A stretch of 64,000 nucleotides of DNA from Deltaproteobacteria bacterium (GCA_040218735.1 JAVJQW010000008.1:352001-416000), one strand, 5' to 3'; positions 33,912-44,152 are shown, counted from the first letter of the stretch. Numbers and translations: made by a program. The notes: a model not told the origin generated them from the sequence alone.

Positions 33912-36900
33912 CTAACGGAGGCGGTAGCGGACGTGGGCCTCGATGCGCTCCAACGCGGTCCGCGCCGCGTCTTCCGCGAGGACGACACCGGCTTTGCCGC
34001 GGATGAGTACGTGCAGCTCTCCGTCCGGTGAGATCGCGTCCTGCGGGTTCGCGATGATGGCGCTCGCAACGACGCCCGGTGACTCCGCGCTCGCGTCGTT
34101 GGTCGCGAACGGTGTCCAGTGTCCGCTCACGAATCGCCAGTAACTCACGTCCACCCCGGTTGCATCGCCGCTCGGGCCGCTGCTGCCGGCCGAGATGACG
34201 AGCTCGATTTCGTCGATGTTCTCCGTGTCGACGAGTGCGTTGCCCCAATCGAACGTCGCGATGAACCCAGGGTGCACGTCGTTGGCGCGCTCGAGGAGCC
34301 ACGTGTCATCGCGAACGTTGCCCGCCTTTCCGCCGAACACCATGAGTCCGAGGCCGGGCCCCGCGTACGCGAGCGTGTGATACTCCCGGAACGGGGGTCG
34401 CGTCACCGTGTTGACGGAGAGCCACTGCGTTCCGTCCCACTCCCAAATCGTTGCGCCGCCGAACACGACGAGGCGGTTGCGGTCGTGGTCGAGCACCATC
34501 TGTGCTCCAGGCGGAACGATATCGCTCCCCGCCGGCCCCGGGATGGCCGCTGACCAGGTCCTCGACACGCTGTCGTAGACCCGGGTGTCGAGGCCGAGGT
34601 TCTTCTGCCGAACGACGGACCCGTTGCTTCCGAAGATCTGCCGCGCGCCGCCCGCGACGAGGATCTTCTCGGTCACGGGGTCGTAACCCATCATCAACGC
34701 GGAACGCGGACCGGGGCTGGTCGAGGTTGTCACTTCCTCCCACACCCCAGTCGCGGGGTGGAACAGCCAGAACTCTTCGCTGTCGTCCCAGAATAAGTTC
34801 GGTGGAGACGATGGATCGAATATCGATCCCCCGTAGACCGCGACGACGTCCTGCTTCGGATCGTACGTCATCCCGTGGAGCTTTCGTCCCTCCGGACCGC
34901 CGACGGGGTGGTCCGTCCACTCGGTATCGGTACCCAGCGACCACATCACCGGCGGTTGAATCGTAGTGCCGTCGAAGGGCGGCCCCGGACACAGGAACGC
35001 AAACGTATCGCCGCCAAAGAAGTACGCGCGGTCGCGAAGGGTGTCGTACGCAGTCCTGCCGCCCGTCCGCGGGCAGAGGCCCTCCGGCACGGTCGTCGAT
35101 GTCCACGTCTGCTCGGCGAAGTCCCACGAATCCAGTTTGATCTCATACGAAACCGGGGAGAGGTTGAGCGCCTCACCGGTGATCATCAGCAACCCATCTC
35201 GCCCCGGGATGCGCACGGACATGGAGTCAGATCGACCCGTAGGTTGCGTGTCCCGGTCGTTGGGAGCTCGCGTCCACCCTTCGTCGTCGAATCGCCAGTT
35301 GTGCTCGAGGAACGTCCCCGGACGGTCACCCTCCGTGACACGTCCACCGATGAGGCGAACGTCACGCGTCCCCGCCGCGTAGACGAGGCTGTGCCCGTAC
35401 CGCGCCGCAGGCGTCGGGCCGGCCTCTGCCACCCATCGCTGCTGCAAGGGGCTCCAAACCCATACGCCATTCGACGCGATCGGCGCCTCCGGTTCGGTGC
35501 CACAGTCGGTGGTGTCGATTCGGCCACCCACCATCATCATCTGATTTCGCGCGCGGTCGAACGCGAGCGCGGTCGCGCTGATGGGGGGGTCATGTGTGTT
35601 CTGTAGTCGGGTCCAGTCCGTGCCGTCGAAGACCCACGTGTCGCGTGAACCCGTGCAGCGAGCGTGGTGACCACCCACGAGGAACAGGAGGTTCTCGGCG
35701 TCGTTGTACGCCATCGCGACCTCGTAGTCCGCCGGAGGTGAGGTCGTCGGCGTGTGGAGTCGCCAGTCGTTGCCGTCGTAGCTCCACGTCTCGTCGGATG
35801 CCGTGGCGTCATCGAGTCGACCTCCGAAGAGCACGACGGAGCCTCTTTCGCGATCGTAGGCCATCCCGTGTTCGATGCGGGCCATCGGCGCAGTCATCGG
35901 ATCCCGCCTGACCCAGGTGCTCCCGTTCCACTCCCAGGTTTCGTCGACGCCGTAGACCTTGGACCCGAAGATGCCGTCGTCCTCTGTGCCGCCGAAGAGC
36001 ACGGTCCGTCCGCGGCGGGAGTCATACGCCATCGCGGCGTGATATCGCGGCGAGGGGGCGATGCTCTGAGGGGGCAGCAGCGTCCAGGTTCGTCCGTCCG
36101 AAACCCAGGTGTCCTCGAGCAAGACGGGGACGCCAAGGCCGCTGCGAATTCCGCCGAAGACCAGGGTGAGTCCGCGCGCTTCGTCGTAGACCGCGGCGCT
36201 GTCCGCACGGTTCGTCAAGTCGATGGGATCGACCGTCAGCTGAACCCAGTTCTGCACCGCGCGCGAGGCGACGGAGCTCCCGATCTCGATTCTGTCGTAA
36301 TCGACGTCCGGCAGCTCGGCCGAGGCCAAGGCGAGGTGCTCACGCACCGCGCGTACCCGGTCGATACGGTGTGGGTTTCGGCCCGAGTTTCCGGAGCGCT
36401 TTCCACCGAGGCCGGCGCGCCACCGGCCGTCGCGCACACGAACGGAGACGGACGCATTCCCCGCGCGGTCGACGGCGTCGACGAAGAGGTCGGTCGTGTC
36501 CGGCATCGGCAGGACCGTGGCCGAGAACCCGCCGCGTGAATCAACGGGGATGCGTTTGACCTCGCCGGTGGCCGGGTGGAAGACACGCAGCGTCGAGTAC
36601 GGTTCGGCGGCGCCGTCGTCGCCAACGAGCTCGAAGCGCGAGCTGGAGTCGGAGAGATCTCCCCACGGAGCGCGGATGAACACGATGCGCCCGTCGGTCT
36701 CGACGTCGGGGGCTGCGGGGGCTGCGGTGTCGATCGGTAGATCGTTCGGCATCCGCTGAGACGCGACGTTGCCGACGATGTCCTCGAGGCCGACCCGGAT
36801 CTCTGCGACCGCGCTGCTCGTCGAAGTCATCTCGTCGATGGTCAGGCTGAAGGTGTAGGTCCGCTCGTTGGGGTCGTCATCGCTGATGCGGACGAAGGGG

Positions 36901-37823
36901 AGGACCTCGTCGCCGACGTGCGCTTCGACCCGCGGCGGCGACGCGAGCAGTTCGGACACCGAGAACACGAGGGTCGCGGACCCACCGCGACCCAGGGCAC
37001 GAACGTCCGAAGCAGGAAGGTTCGTGTTTCCGGAGCGCACCGACAACACGACGGAAGTCTCCACGACGCGCGGGGCCGTTCGATCCAACGTGACCGACGC
37101 TGTAGCCGTCTTGGATACGATGCCCTGCGCGTTGACGATTCGGCCGTAGACCGTGACCGGGATGTCACACGGCGACGACGAACAGAGCCCATCCTCCAGG
37201 TCGTAGACGACCTCGTAGCGCGGGACGCCACTCGGCGCGTTCGGGGTAAGGGACGAAGCCTTGAACATCGCGCGGCCGACCGTGAACTGGGGATCCTTTG
37301 CGAGGAGGAGCTCGTTCACGTCGTCGTCTTCGATCCGAATGGTCGCGTCCTTGTGATTGATCAAACCGCCACGCGTTCCCAGGATTTCGAGGAAATCCGC
37401 GCGACCGTCCCCGGGGGGGTGATTGAGCCGGAGCCGAACGGGAATCGTCTTGTCGTCGCCCGGTGCGAGGCTGAACGTCTCGGATAGCCCGAAGTACTCG
37501 AGAGGAGAGTTCGAGGGGTGTTCACCCCCGCGAATCTCGGCGACCACGACGCGGTCTTCGCCGTGTCGCACTGCATCGAGCGTGACGGTTGGATTCACCG
37601 TCATGGGTTCGACCGCGCTCGCCAGCACATCGCCGGCCGCGTTTGGATCGCCGCGCTCCTCCACCTGAACGTGAAGCCACAACGCACCAAGCGCCTCAGC
37701 GTCCGGTTCCGGCTCTTCGAACGTGAATTCGACGCGGAATCGTCCCGGAGCCTCGGTGCAGGCGGCGAGAATCCCAGTCGTGAGGAGGAGAATCAGAGAT
37801 CGGCGATAGAGGGTACGCATCAT
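33912..37823 (-). CDS. Large surface lipoprotein with Ig-like stalk and kelch-like beta-propellers
   Basis: Lipobox LAAC; about a dozen MAYD...LFGG...ETWxxDG repeats. Paralog of 5751-9302. Confidence 0.82.
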   Translation of the reverse strand: MMRTLYRRSLILLLTTGILAACTEAPGRFRVEFTFEEPEPDAEALGALWLHVQVEERGDPNAAGDVLASAVEPMTVNPTVTLDAVRHGEDRVVVAEIRGGEHPSNSPLEYFGLSETFSLAPGDDKTIPVRLRLNHPPGDGRADFLEILGTRGGLINHKDATIRIEDDDVNELLLAKDPQFTVGRAMFKASSLTPNAPSGVPRYEVVYDLEDGLCSSSPCDIPVTVYGRIVNAQGIVSKTATASVTLDRTAPRVVETSVVLSVRSGNTNLPASDVRALGRGGSATLVFSVSELLASPPRVEAHVGDEVLPFVRISDDDPNERTYTFSLTIDEMTSTSSAVAEIRVGLEDIVGNVASQRMPNDLPIDTAAPAAPDVETDGRIVFIRAPWGDLSDSSSRFELVGDDGAAEPYSTLRVFHPATGEVKRIPVDSRGGFSATVLPMPDTTDLFVDAVDRAGNASVSVRVRDGRWRAGLGGKRSGNSGRNPHRIDRVRAVREHLALASAELPDVDYDRIEIGSSVASRAVQNWVQLTVDPIDLTNRADSAAVYDEARGLTLVFGGIRSGLGVPVLLEDTWVSDGRTWTLLPPQSIAPSPRYHAAMAYDSRRGRTVLFGGTEDDGIFGSKVYGVDETWEWNGSTWVRRDPMTAPMARIEHGMAYDRERGSVVLFGGRLDDATASDETWSYDGNDWRLHTPTTSPPADYEVAMAYNDAENLLFLVGGHHARCTGSRDTWVFDGTDWTRLQNTHDPPISATALAFDRARNQMMMVGGRIDTTDCGTEPEAPIASNGVWVWSPLQQRWVAEAGPTPAARYGHSLVYAAGTRDVRLIGGRVTEGDRPGTFLEHNWRFDDEGWTRAPNDRDTQPTGRSDSMSVRIPGRDGLLMITGEALNLSPVSYEIKLDSWDFAEQTWTSTTVPEGLCPRTGGRTAYDTLRDRAYFFGGDTFAFLCPGPPFDGTTIQPPVMWSLGTDTEWTDHPVGGPEGRKLHGMTYDPKQDVVAVYGGSIFDPSSPPNLFWDDSEEFWLFHPATGVWEEVTTSTSPGPRSALMMGYDPVTEKILVAGGARQIFGSNGSVVRQKNLGLDTRVYDSVSRTWSAAIPGPAGSDIVPPGAQMVLDHDRNRLVVFGGATIWEWDGTQWLSVNTVTRPPFREYHTLAYAGPGLGLMVFGGKAGNVRDDTWLLERANDVHPGFIATFDWGNALVDTENIDEIELVISAGSSGPSGDATGVDVSYWRFVSGHWTPFATNDASAESPGVVASAIIANPQDAISPDGELHVLIRGKAGVVLAEDAARTALERIEAHVRYRLR

Positions 37824-37887
37824 TCATCGACCCCGCACGGGCGAAGCCACGAAAGATGTGTGCCGTCAGATCGGAGTTTCGATCAAC

Positions 37888-39225
37888 TCACTTCGCAGTT
37901 GTCGACGTCGACGAGGTCAGGGTCCTCGCAGCCATCAGCGCTGGGGTCGGTCCCCGCAGGGGCACCGTCGTCAGGGCCTCCAGGTGCTGCGAGGCCGCGG
38001 TCGAGCGTGGGTTCAGCTTCACCGCCAGCTTGGCGAACTTCACGGCGTCCTTTCGGGCGCCGCTCTCCTCGGAGGCGCGGGACGCGAGCAGGACGATCTC
38101 CCCGATGCGTCGTCGTCGCCCGCCGTGGAAGTGCTTCGGGATCTTCTTGGCGGCGGTGAGCAGGAGCCGTCGGGCGTCGGCGTAGCGCTCGGCTTCGAAC
38201 GCGGACTGGCCCTGGTCGAGGGTCTTGCGCGCGACGACGTACGGTTGGCAGCGCGTGCACGGCGTCGGGTGGGCTTCCAGCTCCTGGATCCCGTCGCGGT
38301 AGGTCGCGCCCGGGCGGGACGTCATCAGGCAGCCGAGGGGGTGGTCGAAGACGTCCGGGATGCCGAAGATCGCGTGGGCGACCTCGTGGGCGAGCAGGTA
38401 CGCGCCGAGGATCTTGGCGCGCTCCTCGAACGTCGCCGGCTCACCGCCCAGCTCCGAGAGCGTGGCGACCTGCGTGTCGATCCCGAACGTCGTCGCGAGC
38501 AGCACCTGGCCGCCGAGCGCAGAGCGGTGTCCGCTCGGCATCGCGATGCCGCCGATCTTCGCCTTCCCGAACACCGAGTGCGGGTGCGGCTCCGTCAACA
38601 GGTCCGAGAGGATGAACGTGTTCGTGATGACGACGTCCGAGTCCTCCTGGCGCTCGAGCGCGCACATCCACGCGACGAACGAGCGGTGCTCCGATCGGCC
38701 CGGCTCTACGAGCGGTGTGCCCTTCGGGGTCTTCAGCTTCGTGAGGTTCGCGACCGTCCCGGTGTAACGCGCGACGTAGTAGTCGTAGACCTCCTCGTAC
38801 GACTTCACGCGGTCCTTGGCGTCGTCCTCGATGAAGCCCTTGAGCGCGTCGAGTGACCATTTCTTCATGAAGCGCAGCGCGCGCTCCTGGTGCGGGCGCA
38901 GCTCGTTCGGACCGCCGCCCTTGTAGCGACCCGCGTAGAGCTTCTTGCACTTCGGGTCGCGCGGGTTGCCGTAGGCGCCGAGGAACCCGTCGACGTCGAA
39001 GCGGTACTTCACCTCGAACTTGGGGGCCGGTGCGTCGAAGCGCCGCGAGAACTCCTGGCGCGCGTACTCCAGCGAGCGGTTGACGAGTTTCTCGTCGAGC
39101 GGCGGGAAGTCGGGGTCTTCGACGAGGGCGACCGTGAGCACGACCTCCTCGAGCTTCGGCGCCGCCGTGGCCGAACCGGACCACAGCGTCGCCGCGACCA
39201 GCGTGGCGAACCAACCCCTCCGCAC
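37888..39225 (-). CDS. Secreted metzincin-like zinc metalloprotease with C-terminal TPR
   Basis: Signal peptide; LAHEVAHAIFGIPD followed by GCLM (Met-turn-like) and CTRC; TPR-like helices. Start uncertain (39225-39279). Confidence 0.72.
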   Translation of the reverse strand: MRRGWFATLVAATLWSGSATAAPKLEEVVLTVALVEDPDFPPLDEKLVNRSLEYARQEFSRRFDAPAPKFEVKYRFDVDGFLGAYGNPRDPKCKKLYAGRYKGGGPNELRPHQERALRFMKKWSLDALKGFIEDDAKDRVKSYEEVYDYYVARYTGTVANLTKLKTPKGTPLVEPGRSEHRSFVAWMCALERQEDSDVVITNTFILSDLLTEPHPHSVFGKAKIGGIAMPSGHRSALGGQVLLATTFGIDTQVATLSELGGEPATFEERAKILGAYLLAHEVAHAIFGIPDVFDHPLGCLMTSRPGATYRDGIQELEAHPTPCTRCQPYVVARKTLDQGQSAFEAERYADARRLLLTAAKKIPKHFHGGRRRRIGEIVLLASRASEESGARKDAVKFAKLAVKLNPRSTAASQHLEALTTVPLRGPTPALMAARTLTSSTSTTAK

Positions 39226-39289
39226 GTGCCTATGACGCGCACGGTGTCGGGAACATTGCCAAGCCATGCGGGCGATCACGTCGGGCTCA

Positions 39290-39544
39290 TCACGCGGGGC
39301 GGCAGTACCACTCGTCGGAGCGGCAGACGCAGCGGGACCCGGCGCGCCCCGAGGGGCAGTCGAGGCGTTCGATCGTGCACTCCGAGGACGGGGTGATCAC
39401 GTTGGGGCACCGGGGATCCTCGCCGTCCTCCGGGGCGAAGCCCGCGTCGGGGCGCTCGGGGAGATCCAAGGACGGACCGCACCCCGCGAAGGCGAGGGCG
39501 AAGAGGAGCGTGAGGACCCGAAGCACGCGCGAAGTACAACGCAT
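39290..39544 (-). CDS. Small Cys-rich lipoprotein
   Basis: LLFALAFAGC lipobox; six-Cys C-terminal module ending CVCRSDEWYC. Confidence 0.62.
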   Translation of the reverse strand: MRCTSRVLRVLTLLFALAFAGCGPSLDLPERPDAGFAPEDGEDPRCPNVITPSSECTIERLDCPSGRAGSRCVCRSDEWYCRPA

Positions 39545-39590
39545 GTGCTCGGCGGTGGCCACCGATGATCGGCGTGCGATGATGCGAGGA

Positions 39591-40490
39591 ATGCGTTGGC
39601 TTCCGCTGCTCCTGCTCGTCGTCGGGTGCCGTTCGAGCGCCGAGCCCACGCCGAGCGGTCGGCGTGTCCCGATCCTGGTCACCGACGACGGCTACGAGCC
39701 AGCGACGCTCCGAGCCACGCCGAACGAGCGCGTCCAGCTCGTGTTCTCGCGGTACAGCCAGGCGCCGTGCGCCGACCGCGTGGTGATCGGGCACCGGACG
39801 GTCGTGCTCCCCGAGGCGCGCATCGAGCTCGTCGACGTGACGGCGCCGGCGCAGGGCCAGCTCGAGTTCGGGTGCCCGACGAAGCGGCTACTGGGGAAGG
39901 TCGTCGTCGCGAACGAGGTCGACCCTGGCCTCGAGCACCCGCTGATCGCCAAGCCGCTCCCGCTCGACCACGCCGCCTCCCGCCTCGGCGTCGAAGCACC
40001 ACCGTGGCAGGTCGGCGAGTGGAATGGCGCGGCGCCGATGACCCTCGCGTCGCTCCGCGGGCGCGTCGTCGTGGTTCGCTTCTACATGGACGAGTGCCCG
40101 TTCTGTCGTGCGACGCTCCCGGCGCTCGACGCGATGCGCGCTTCGTTCGAGGGCGAGCCGGTGACGTTCGTCGGTCTCTTTCACTCCAAACCTCGCGGGA
40201 CCGAGAGTGACTGGGGGACGGCACTGCGAACCGCGCGGACCTGGGGGGCGCGATTCCCGCTCGGCTACGACCACCACTGGAACACGTTGGCGTCCTGGTA
40301 CGGTGAGGATCTACTCAAGCGATCGCCGACGTCGGTGACGTTCGTGATCGACGCCGAGGGGCGCTTCGCGTTCATTCACCCCGGCCCGGTCTACCACCCG
40401 TCGGAGCACCCGGATCACCGCCGGTGCCAGGAGGACTACGACGCGGTTCGCGCGGCGATCGCCGAGGCCATCGCGGCCGCGAAGCGCTGA
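39591..40490 (+). CDS. Lipoprotein: cupredoxin-like domain fused to TlpA-type thioredoxin domain
   Basis: LVVGC lipobox; VTDDGYEP...VQLVFSR...LEFGC; TLASLRGRVVVVRF..CPFC; FVIDAEG. Start could be 39579, 39582 or 39591. Confidence 0.78.
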   Translation: MRWLPLLLLVVGCRSSAEPTPSGRRVPILVTDDGYEPATLRATPNERVQLVFSRYSQAPCADRVVIGHRTVVLPEARIELVDVTAPAQGQLEFGCPTKRLLGKVVVANEVDPGLEHPLIAKPLPLDHAASRLGVEAPPWQVGEWNGAAPMTLASLRGRVVVVRFYMDECPFCRATLPALDAMRASFEGEPVTFVGLFHSKPRGTESDWGTALRTARTWGARFPLGYDHHWNTLASWYGEDLLKRSPTSVTFVIDAEGRFAFIHPGPVYHPSEHPDHRRCQEDYDAVRAAIAEAIAAAKR

Positions 40491-40521
40491 TCTGCGGGAG
40501 CCGGCGACCTGAACGGTCGGC

Positions 40522-40752
40522 TCAGCGGAACTGCTTCTTCACCCGCCGGACCTCGAGCGTCTGGCCCGTGAGCTTCAGGCTGCCGACCTTGCCGGTCGAC
40601 CCCATCCGAACCTCCAGCTCGAAGTCCCCGTCGATGGCTTCGCTGCACTCCAGGCACACGATGGTGCCGGGGAGCGCTTCGAGGCGGGCCGCCGGGATCT
40701 CCTGTTCACAGCGCGCGCAGAGCAGGACTTCGGTCGTGTTCTCGTCGGTCAC
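40522..40752 (-). CDS. TraR/DksA C4-type zinc finger protein
   Basis: CARCEQEIPAARLEALPGTIVCLEC; GTG start preceded by GGAGG. Confidence 0.82.
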   Translation of the reverse strand: MTDENTTEVLLCARCEQEIPAARLEALPGTIVCLECSEAIDGDFELEVRMGSTGKVGSLKLTGQTLEVRRVKKQFR

Positions 40753-40897
40753 GTTTTGCACCCTCCGCACCCTCGGGGCGAGCCTCGCCGCACGCAGCGC
40801 ACCGTGCGCAGCGTGAGAGACGTTCGATTCCCGGGGGAGCGACTCCGTACTGCGCCCCCCGACTCGATTTGGCAACCCCCGTTGGCGCGTCGCTGGG

Positions 40898-41680
40898 TCA
40901 CGCCCAGACGACGAAGCGTCCGTCCGCGAGCAGGCCCACGAAGGCGGCGTACGTGACGCGGTCGGAGCGCGCCCGTTCGACCTCGTGGTAGCAGCGGCTG
41001 TTCAAGAGGATCAGGTCGCCCTTCTTGGGCGCGATCCGAACGCTGCGCGCGCCTTCCACGAGGGCACGATCGTAGATGTAGCTGCCGCGCGGCACGGTAC
41101 GGTCGTCGTCGTCCTCGTGCCGGCGTTCGTGCACGATGCACGCACCGCCCTCGAAGCTCGTCAGGTAGACGTTCAGCGAGAGTTGGGCGCGCGCGCCGTA
41201 GATCTGCCAGCGTGCGTCGGTGCGTCGGCACGTGTCGGCGTGGAGCCGGATGCCGTCGTTCATGCGGCGCACGATCCCCGAGAAGTACTCGCGCCCGTCG
41301 GCCTCGTGCGCGATCGTGACGTCGGCGCCAGCGTCCTCGCGCATGCGCGCCATCGCCCGTGCGAGCGGATCCACACCGCTGGTCGCGATCACCGCGTCCC
41401 GCTGCTCCCGAGCTTGGACCGCGTCCTCGAAGTACGCATCACGCCGCTTGGAGCTGTAGCCGGCCTGCGCGATTCCCATGCGCTCGAAGGTCTGAAACGC
41501 CGGCTTCTGTGCGTAGCTCTCGAAGGCGCGCTCCGGCAGAGCGCGCATCACCGCGTCGCACTCGGCCGCCGTGAGCAGCGGAAGGTGGACCGCCGGAATC
41601 TCGGCGGCGCACAGGGCTTCGAGCGACGCCCGTGAGAGCGGCTCGGTCTTCGTGGTCCGCCACGACGCCGCGCGCACCAT
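40898..41680 (-). CDS. 2OG-Fe(II) oxygenase
   Basis: HxD (LHAD), LSLNVYL, GG, GDLILLNSRCYHEV and distal Arg (DRVT). Confidence 0.8.
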   Translation of the reverse strand: MVRAASWRTTKTEPLSRASLEALCAAEIPAVHLPLLTAAECDAVMRALPERAFESYAQKPAFQTFERMGIAQAGYSSKRRDAYFEDAVQAREQRDAVIATSGVDPLARAMARMREDAGADVTIAHEADGREYFSGIVRRMNDGIRLHADTCRRTDARWQIYGARAQLSLNVYLTSFEGGACIVHERRHEDDDDRTVPRGSYIYDRALVEGARSVRIAPKKGDLILLNSRCYHEVERARSDRVTYAAFVGLLADGRFVVWA

Positions 41681-41741
41681 GCGCGTCTCGTAACATGTCG
41701 ACGCTGAAGCTGCGACTCCGCGATGGCGCCCGAAGCGAATC

Positions 41742-43151
41742 TCAGGCGCGGCGACGCATGGCGGCGACGTAGAACCCATCGGGTCCGTCCGCCTTGGGTC
41801 CGGGGCCGATGCGTGCCTCGTGGGACGCGCCGAGCCGCGACGCAATGTCGTCCCCGAGCGTCGTCGCCAGCGGGAGGGCCTCGAGGCGCCGGTCGTGGTC
41901 GAGCGCGTGGCGGACGACGTCTTCGTTCTCTTCGCGCAGCACCGAACACGTCGCGTAGACGAGCACGCCGCCGACCTTCATCGTCGCCGCGGCGGAGGTG
42001 AGGAGGTGCTTCTGCCGCGCGATCTCCTTCGTGACGTCCTCGGGTTTCAGCCGCCACTTCAGGTCCGGGTGACGACGGAACGTGCCGGTGCCGGTGCACG
42101 GCGCGTCGACCAGGACGCGGTCGTACTTCGCCTTCTCGTCGAGCGTCTCCAGCTCACCCTTCTTTGCCGAGATCCGCGCGTCGGCGCGCTCGCGGCGCAG
42201 CTCCAGGGCCTTGAGCTTCTTGCTGTCGGGATCCATCGCGACCACGCGCGCGTCCGCCATCGCCGCGATGGCCAGCGCCTTGCCGCCGGCGCCCGCGCAG
42301 GCGTCGAGCACGACGTCACCGTCCCGAACCCCCAGCGCCAGCGCGATGAGTTGGCTACCTTCGTCCTGCAACTCGACTTGCCCCTCGCGGTAGGGCGCCC
42401 AGTTGTACAGGTCCACGCGACCGCTGAGGATGATCCCGTCCGGCGCCAGCGGCGTCGGCTTGGCCTCCACGTCGAAGTCCTCGCGGAGCCGCGCGAGCAC
42501 CGTGTCTCGATCCGTCGCGCGCCGGTTCACCCGCAGCGTCACTGGCGCCCGCGCCGCGAGGCCTTCGGCGATGAGCTCCGCGCGGTCCTCCCCGAACGCA
42601 TCCACCAACATCGTCGCGACGAAGCTCGGCAGCGAACGCTCCGTCGCGATGCGCTCCACACCCGTCAGCTTCGATGGCGAAACACGCCCCTTCACGATCC
42701 GCGGCAACACACCCGGCAACCGCTTCGACGCGTACCGATCGAGCGCCGCCAGCTCCGCTTCGGTGGCGCCGTGCTCCGCGAGGTACGTGAGCACGCGCAG
42801 CCGGTTGAGGATCGGCGGGTCGACCAGATCCAACGAGCGCCGTTCGCCCTTCGCCGCGCGCTTCAGGACGTCGTCGATCCGCCGCCGCTCGCGCAACACG
42901 CCGTACACCACGTCGCCGACGTGGTGCCGCTCGTTCGAACCCAGATCCCGCGCCGACTTGAACACCTCGGACAGCGCCCTGTCGCCCGGTGCCCCGCCAT
43001 CGATGCGCGAGAGCGCGTCGATGATCCGGTCGTGCACGCGCCCGAGGCGTTTGTCGATCGCGCCGCGAGGCTGTGCGTCCGGGCCGACCTTGCCCTTCGG
43101 CCCGAGGTGCTCCTCGGGCGGCGGCTCCTTGGGCTTCCTCGAACGCGCCAC
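41742..43151 (-). CDS. RsmB/NOP family RNA cytosine-C5 methyltransferase
   Basis: QDEGSQL, VLDACAGAGGKA, VLVDAPCTGTG, LVYATCSV..EENE, DGFY. Confidence 0.92.
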   Translation of the reverse strand: MARSRKPKEPPPEEHLGPKGKVGPDAQPRGAIDKRLGRVHDRIIDALSRIDGGAPGDRALSEVFKSARDLGSNERHHVGDVVYGVLRERRRIDDVLKRAAKGERRSLDLVDPPILNRLRVLTYLAEHGATEAELAALDRYASKRLPGVLPRIVKGRVSPSKLTGVERIATERSLPSFVATMLVDAFGEDRAELIAEGLAARAPVTLRVNRRATDRDTVLARLREDFDVEAKPTPLAPDGIILSGRVDLYNWAPYREGQVELQDEGSQLIALALGVRDGDVVLDACAGAGGKALAIAAMADARVVAMDPDSKKLKALELRRERADARISAKKGELETLDEKAKYDRVLVDAPCTGTGTFRRHPDLKWRLKPEDVTKEIARQKHLLTSAAATMKVGGVLVYATCSVLREENEDVVRHALDHDRRLEALPLATTLGDDIASRLGASHEARIGPGPKADGPDGFYVAAMRRRA

Positions 43152-43154
43152 GGC

Positions 43155-44144
43155 TCACCTTCGGCGGAAGAGTCCGCGCTTCTCCAGGTCGACCACCGTC
43201 GCTTCGATCGTCTGCTGCGGATCCCGCGCCACGAAGCCCAGCTCACGCTCCGCGCGCGAGGCATCGCAGCCCCAGTGGTAGCCGCTCATCTCCACGCTCA
43301 CGGCGTCGACCGGCGGCACGCCGTCGAAGGCGCCGTACACACCTTCCATGAGCTTTGCACCGGCGAGCGCCCACTTCGACTTCAGCTTCAACGACGGCGG
43401 CGACACTCCGCCGCAATGCGCGATGCGCTCCATGAAGCTGCGCACGCTCATGTTCGCTCCATTGAGTAGATAGCGCTGCCCACGTTTGCCGTCGGTCAGC
43501 GCGCGCAGGAACGAGGGCGCGCAGTCCCGAACATCGACGAACGCGATCGTCCCGTCCGTGATCGCCGGGACACGTTTGTTGAGGATGTTCAGCACGTCGG
43601 TAGTCGACGAGAGCCGCTCGTCGCCCGGCCCGAGCAGGAGCGACGGGTTGAGGATGACCGCGTCGATCTCCTCCTTCGCGTTTCGGCGCAGGACCTCTTC
43701 CTCCTGCAGGTGCTTCGACGTGTAGTAGGGCCACCGTCCGATCACCTCGAACTTCGGCGCGTCGTCTTCCGTGGCCGGGCGCCCCTTCTCCTCGCTCACC
43801 GCGATCGTCCCGGACGTCGATGACAACACAAACCGCCGCACACCGACGTCGCGCGCGGCGTCGAGCAACATCCGCGTCGCCTCGACGTGGATCCAGTGCA
43901 TGTCGGCCGAGTCCTCGGGCCGCCGCGACACCTTCCCTGCGAGGTGCATGATCGCGTCCATCCCGTGGAGCATCTCGCGCAGGCGCCCGCCCTCGTCGAA
44001 TCCGACTTCGACCTTCTCCACGGCCTCCGGCAGCCGCGCGTGTTTGTTGCGGACGAGCGCGCGCAGCTCGTGGCCGGCGCCGATGAGCTCGTCGACCACG
44101 GCCTTCCCCAGGAAGCCGGTCGCTCCGGTGATGAAGATTTTCAT
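43155..44144 (-). CDS. NAD-dependent epimerase/dehydratase (ElbE-like by context)
   Basis: ITGATGFLG, YYTSK (YxxxK), FVDVRD; lies 8 bp downstream of the elbD-like gene. Confidence 0.85.
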   Translation of the reverse strand: MKIFITGATGFLGKAVVDELIGAGHELRALVRNKHARLPEAVEKVEVGFDEGGRLREMLHGMDAIMHLAGKVSRRPEDSADMHWIHVEATRMLLDAARDVGVRRFVLSSTSGTIAVSEEKGRPATEDDAPKFEVIGRWPYYTSKHLQEEEVLRRNAKEEIDAVILNPSLLLGPGDERLSSTTDVLNILNKRVPAITDGTIAFVDVRDCAPSFLRALTDGKRGQRYLLNGANMSVRSFMERIAHCGGVSPPSLKLKSKWALAGAKLMEGVYGAFDGVPPVDAVSVEMSGYHWGCDASRAERELGFVARDPQQTIEATVVDLEKRGLFRRR

Positions 44145-44152
44145 GTCAGTCC

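Noticed and set aside
39591-40490. Selenoprotein near selC (redoxin candidate)
   Set aside because: The active site is CPFC with Cys codons. I noticed no convincing in-frame TGA read-through anywhere in the window, though the scan was not exhaustive.
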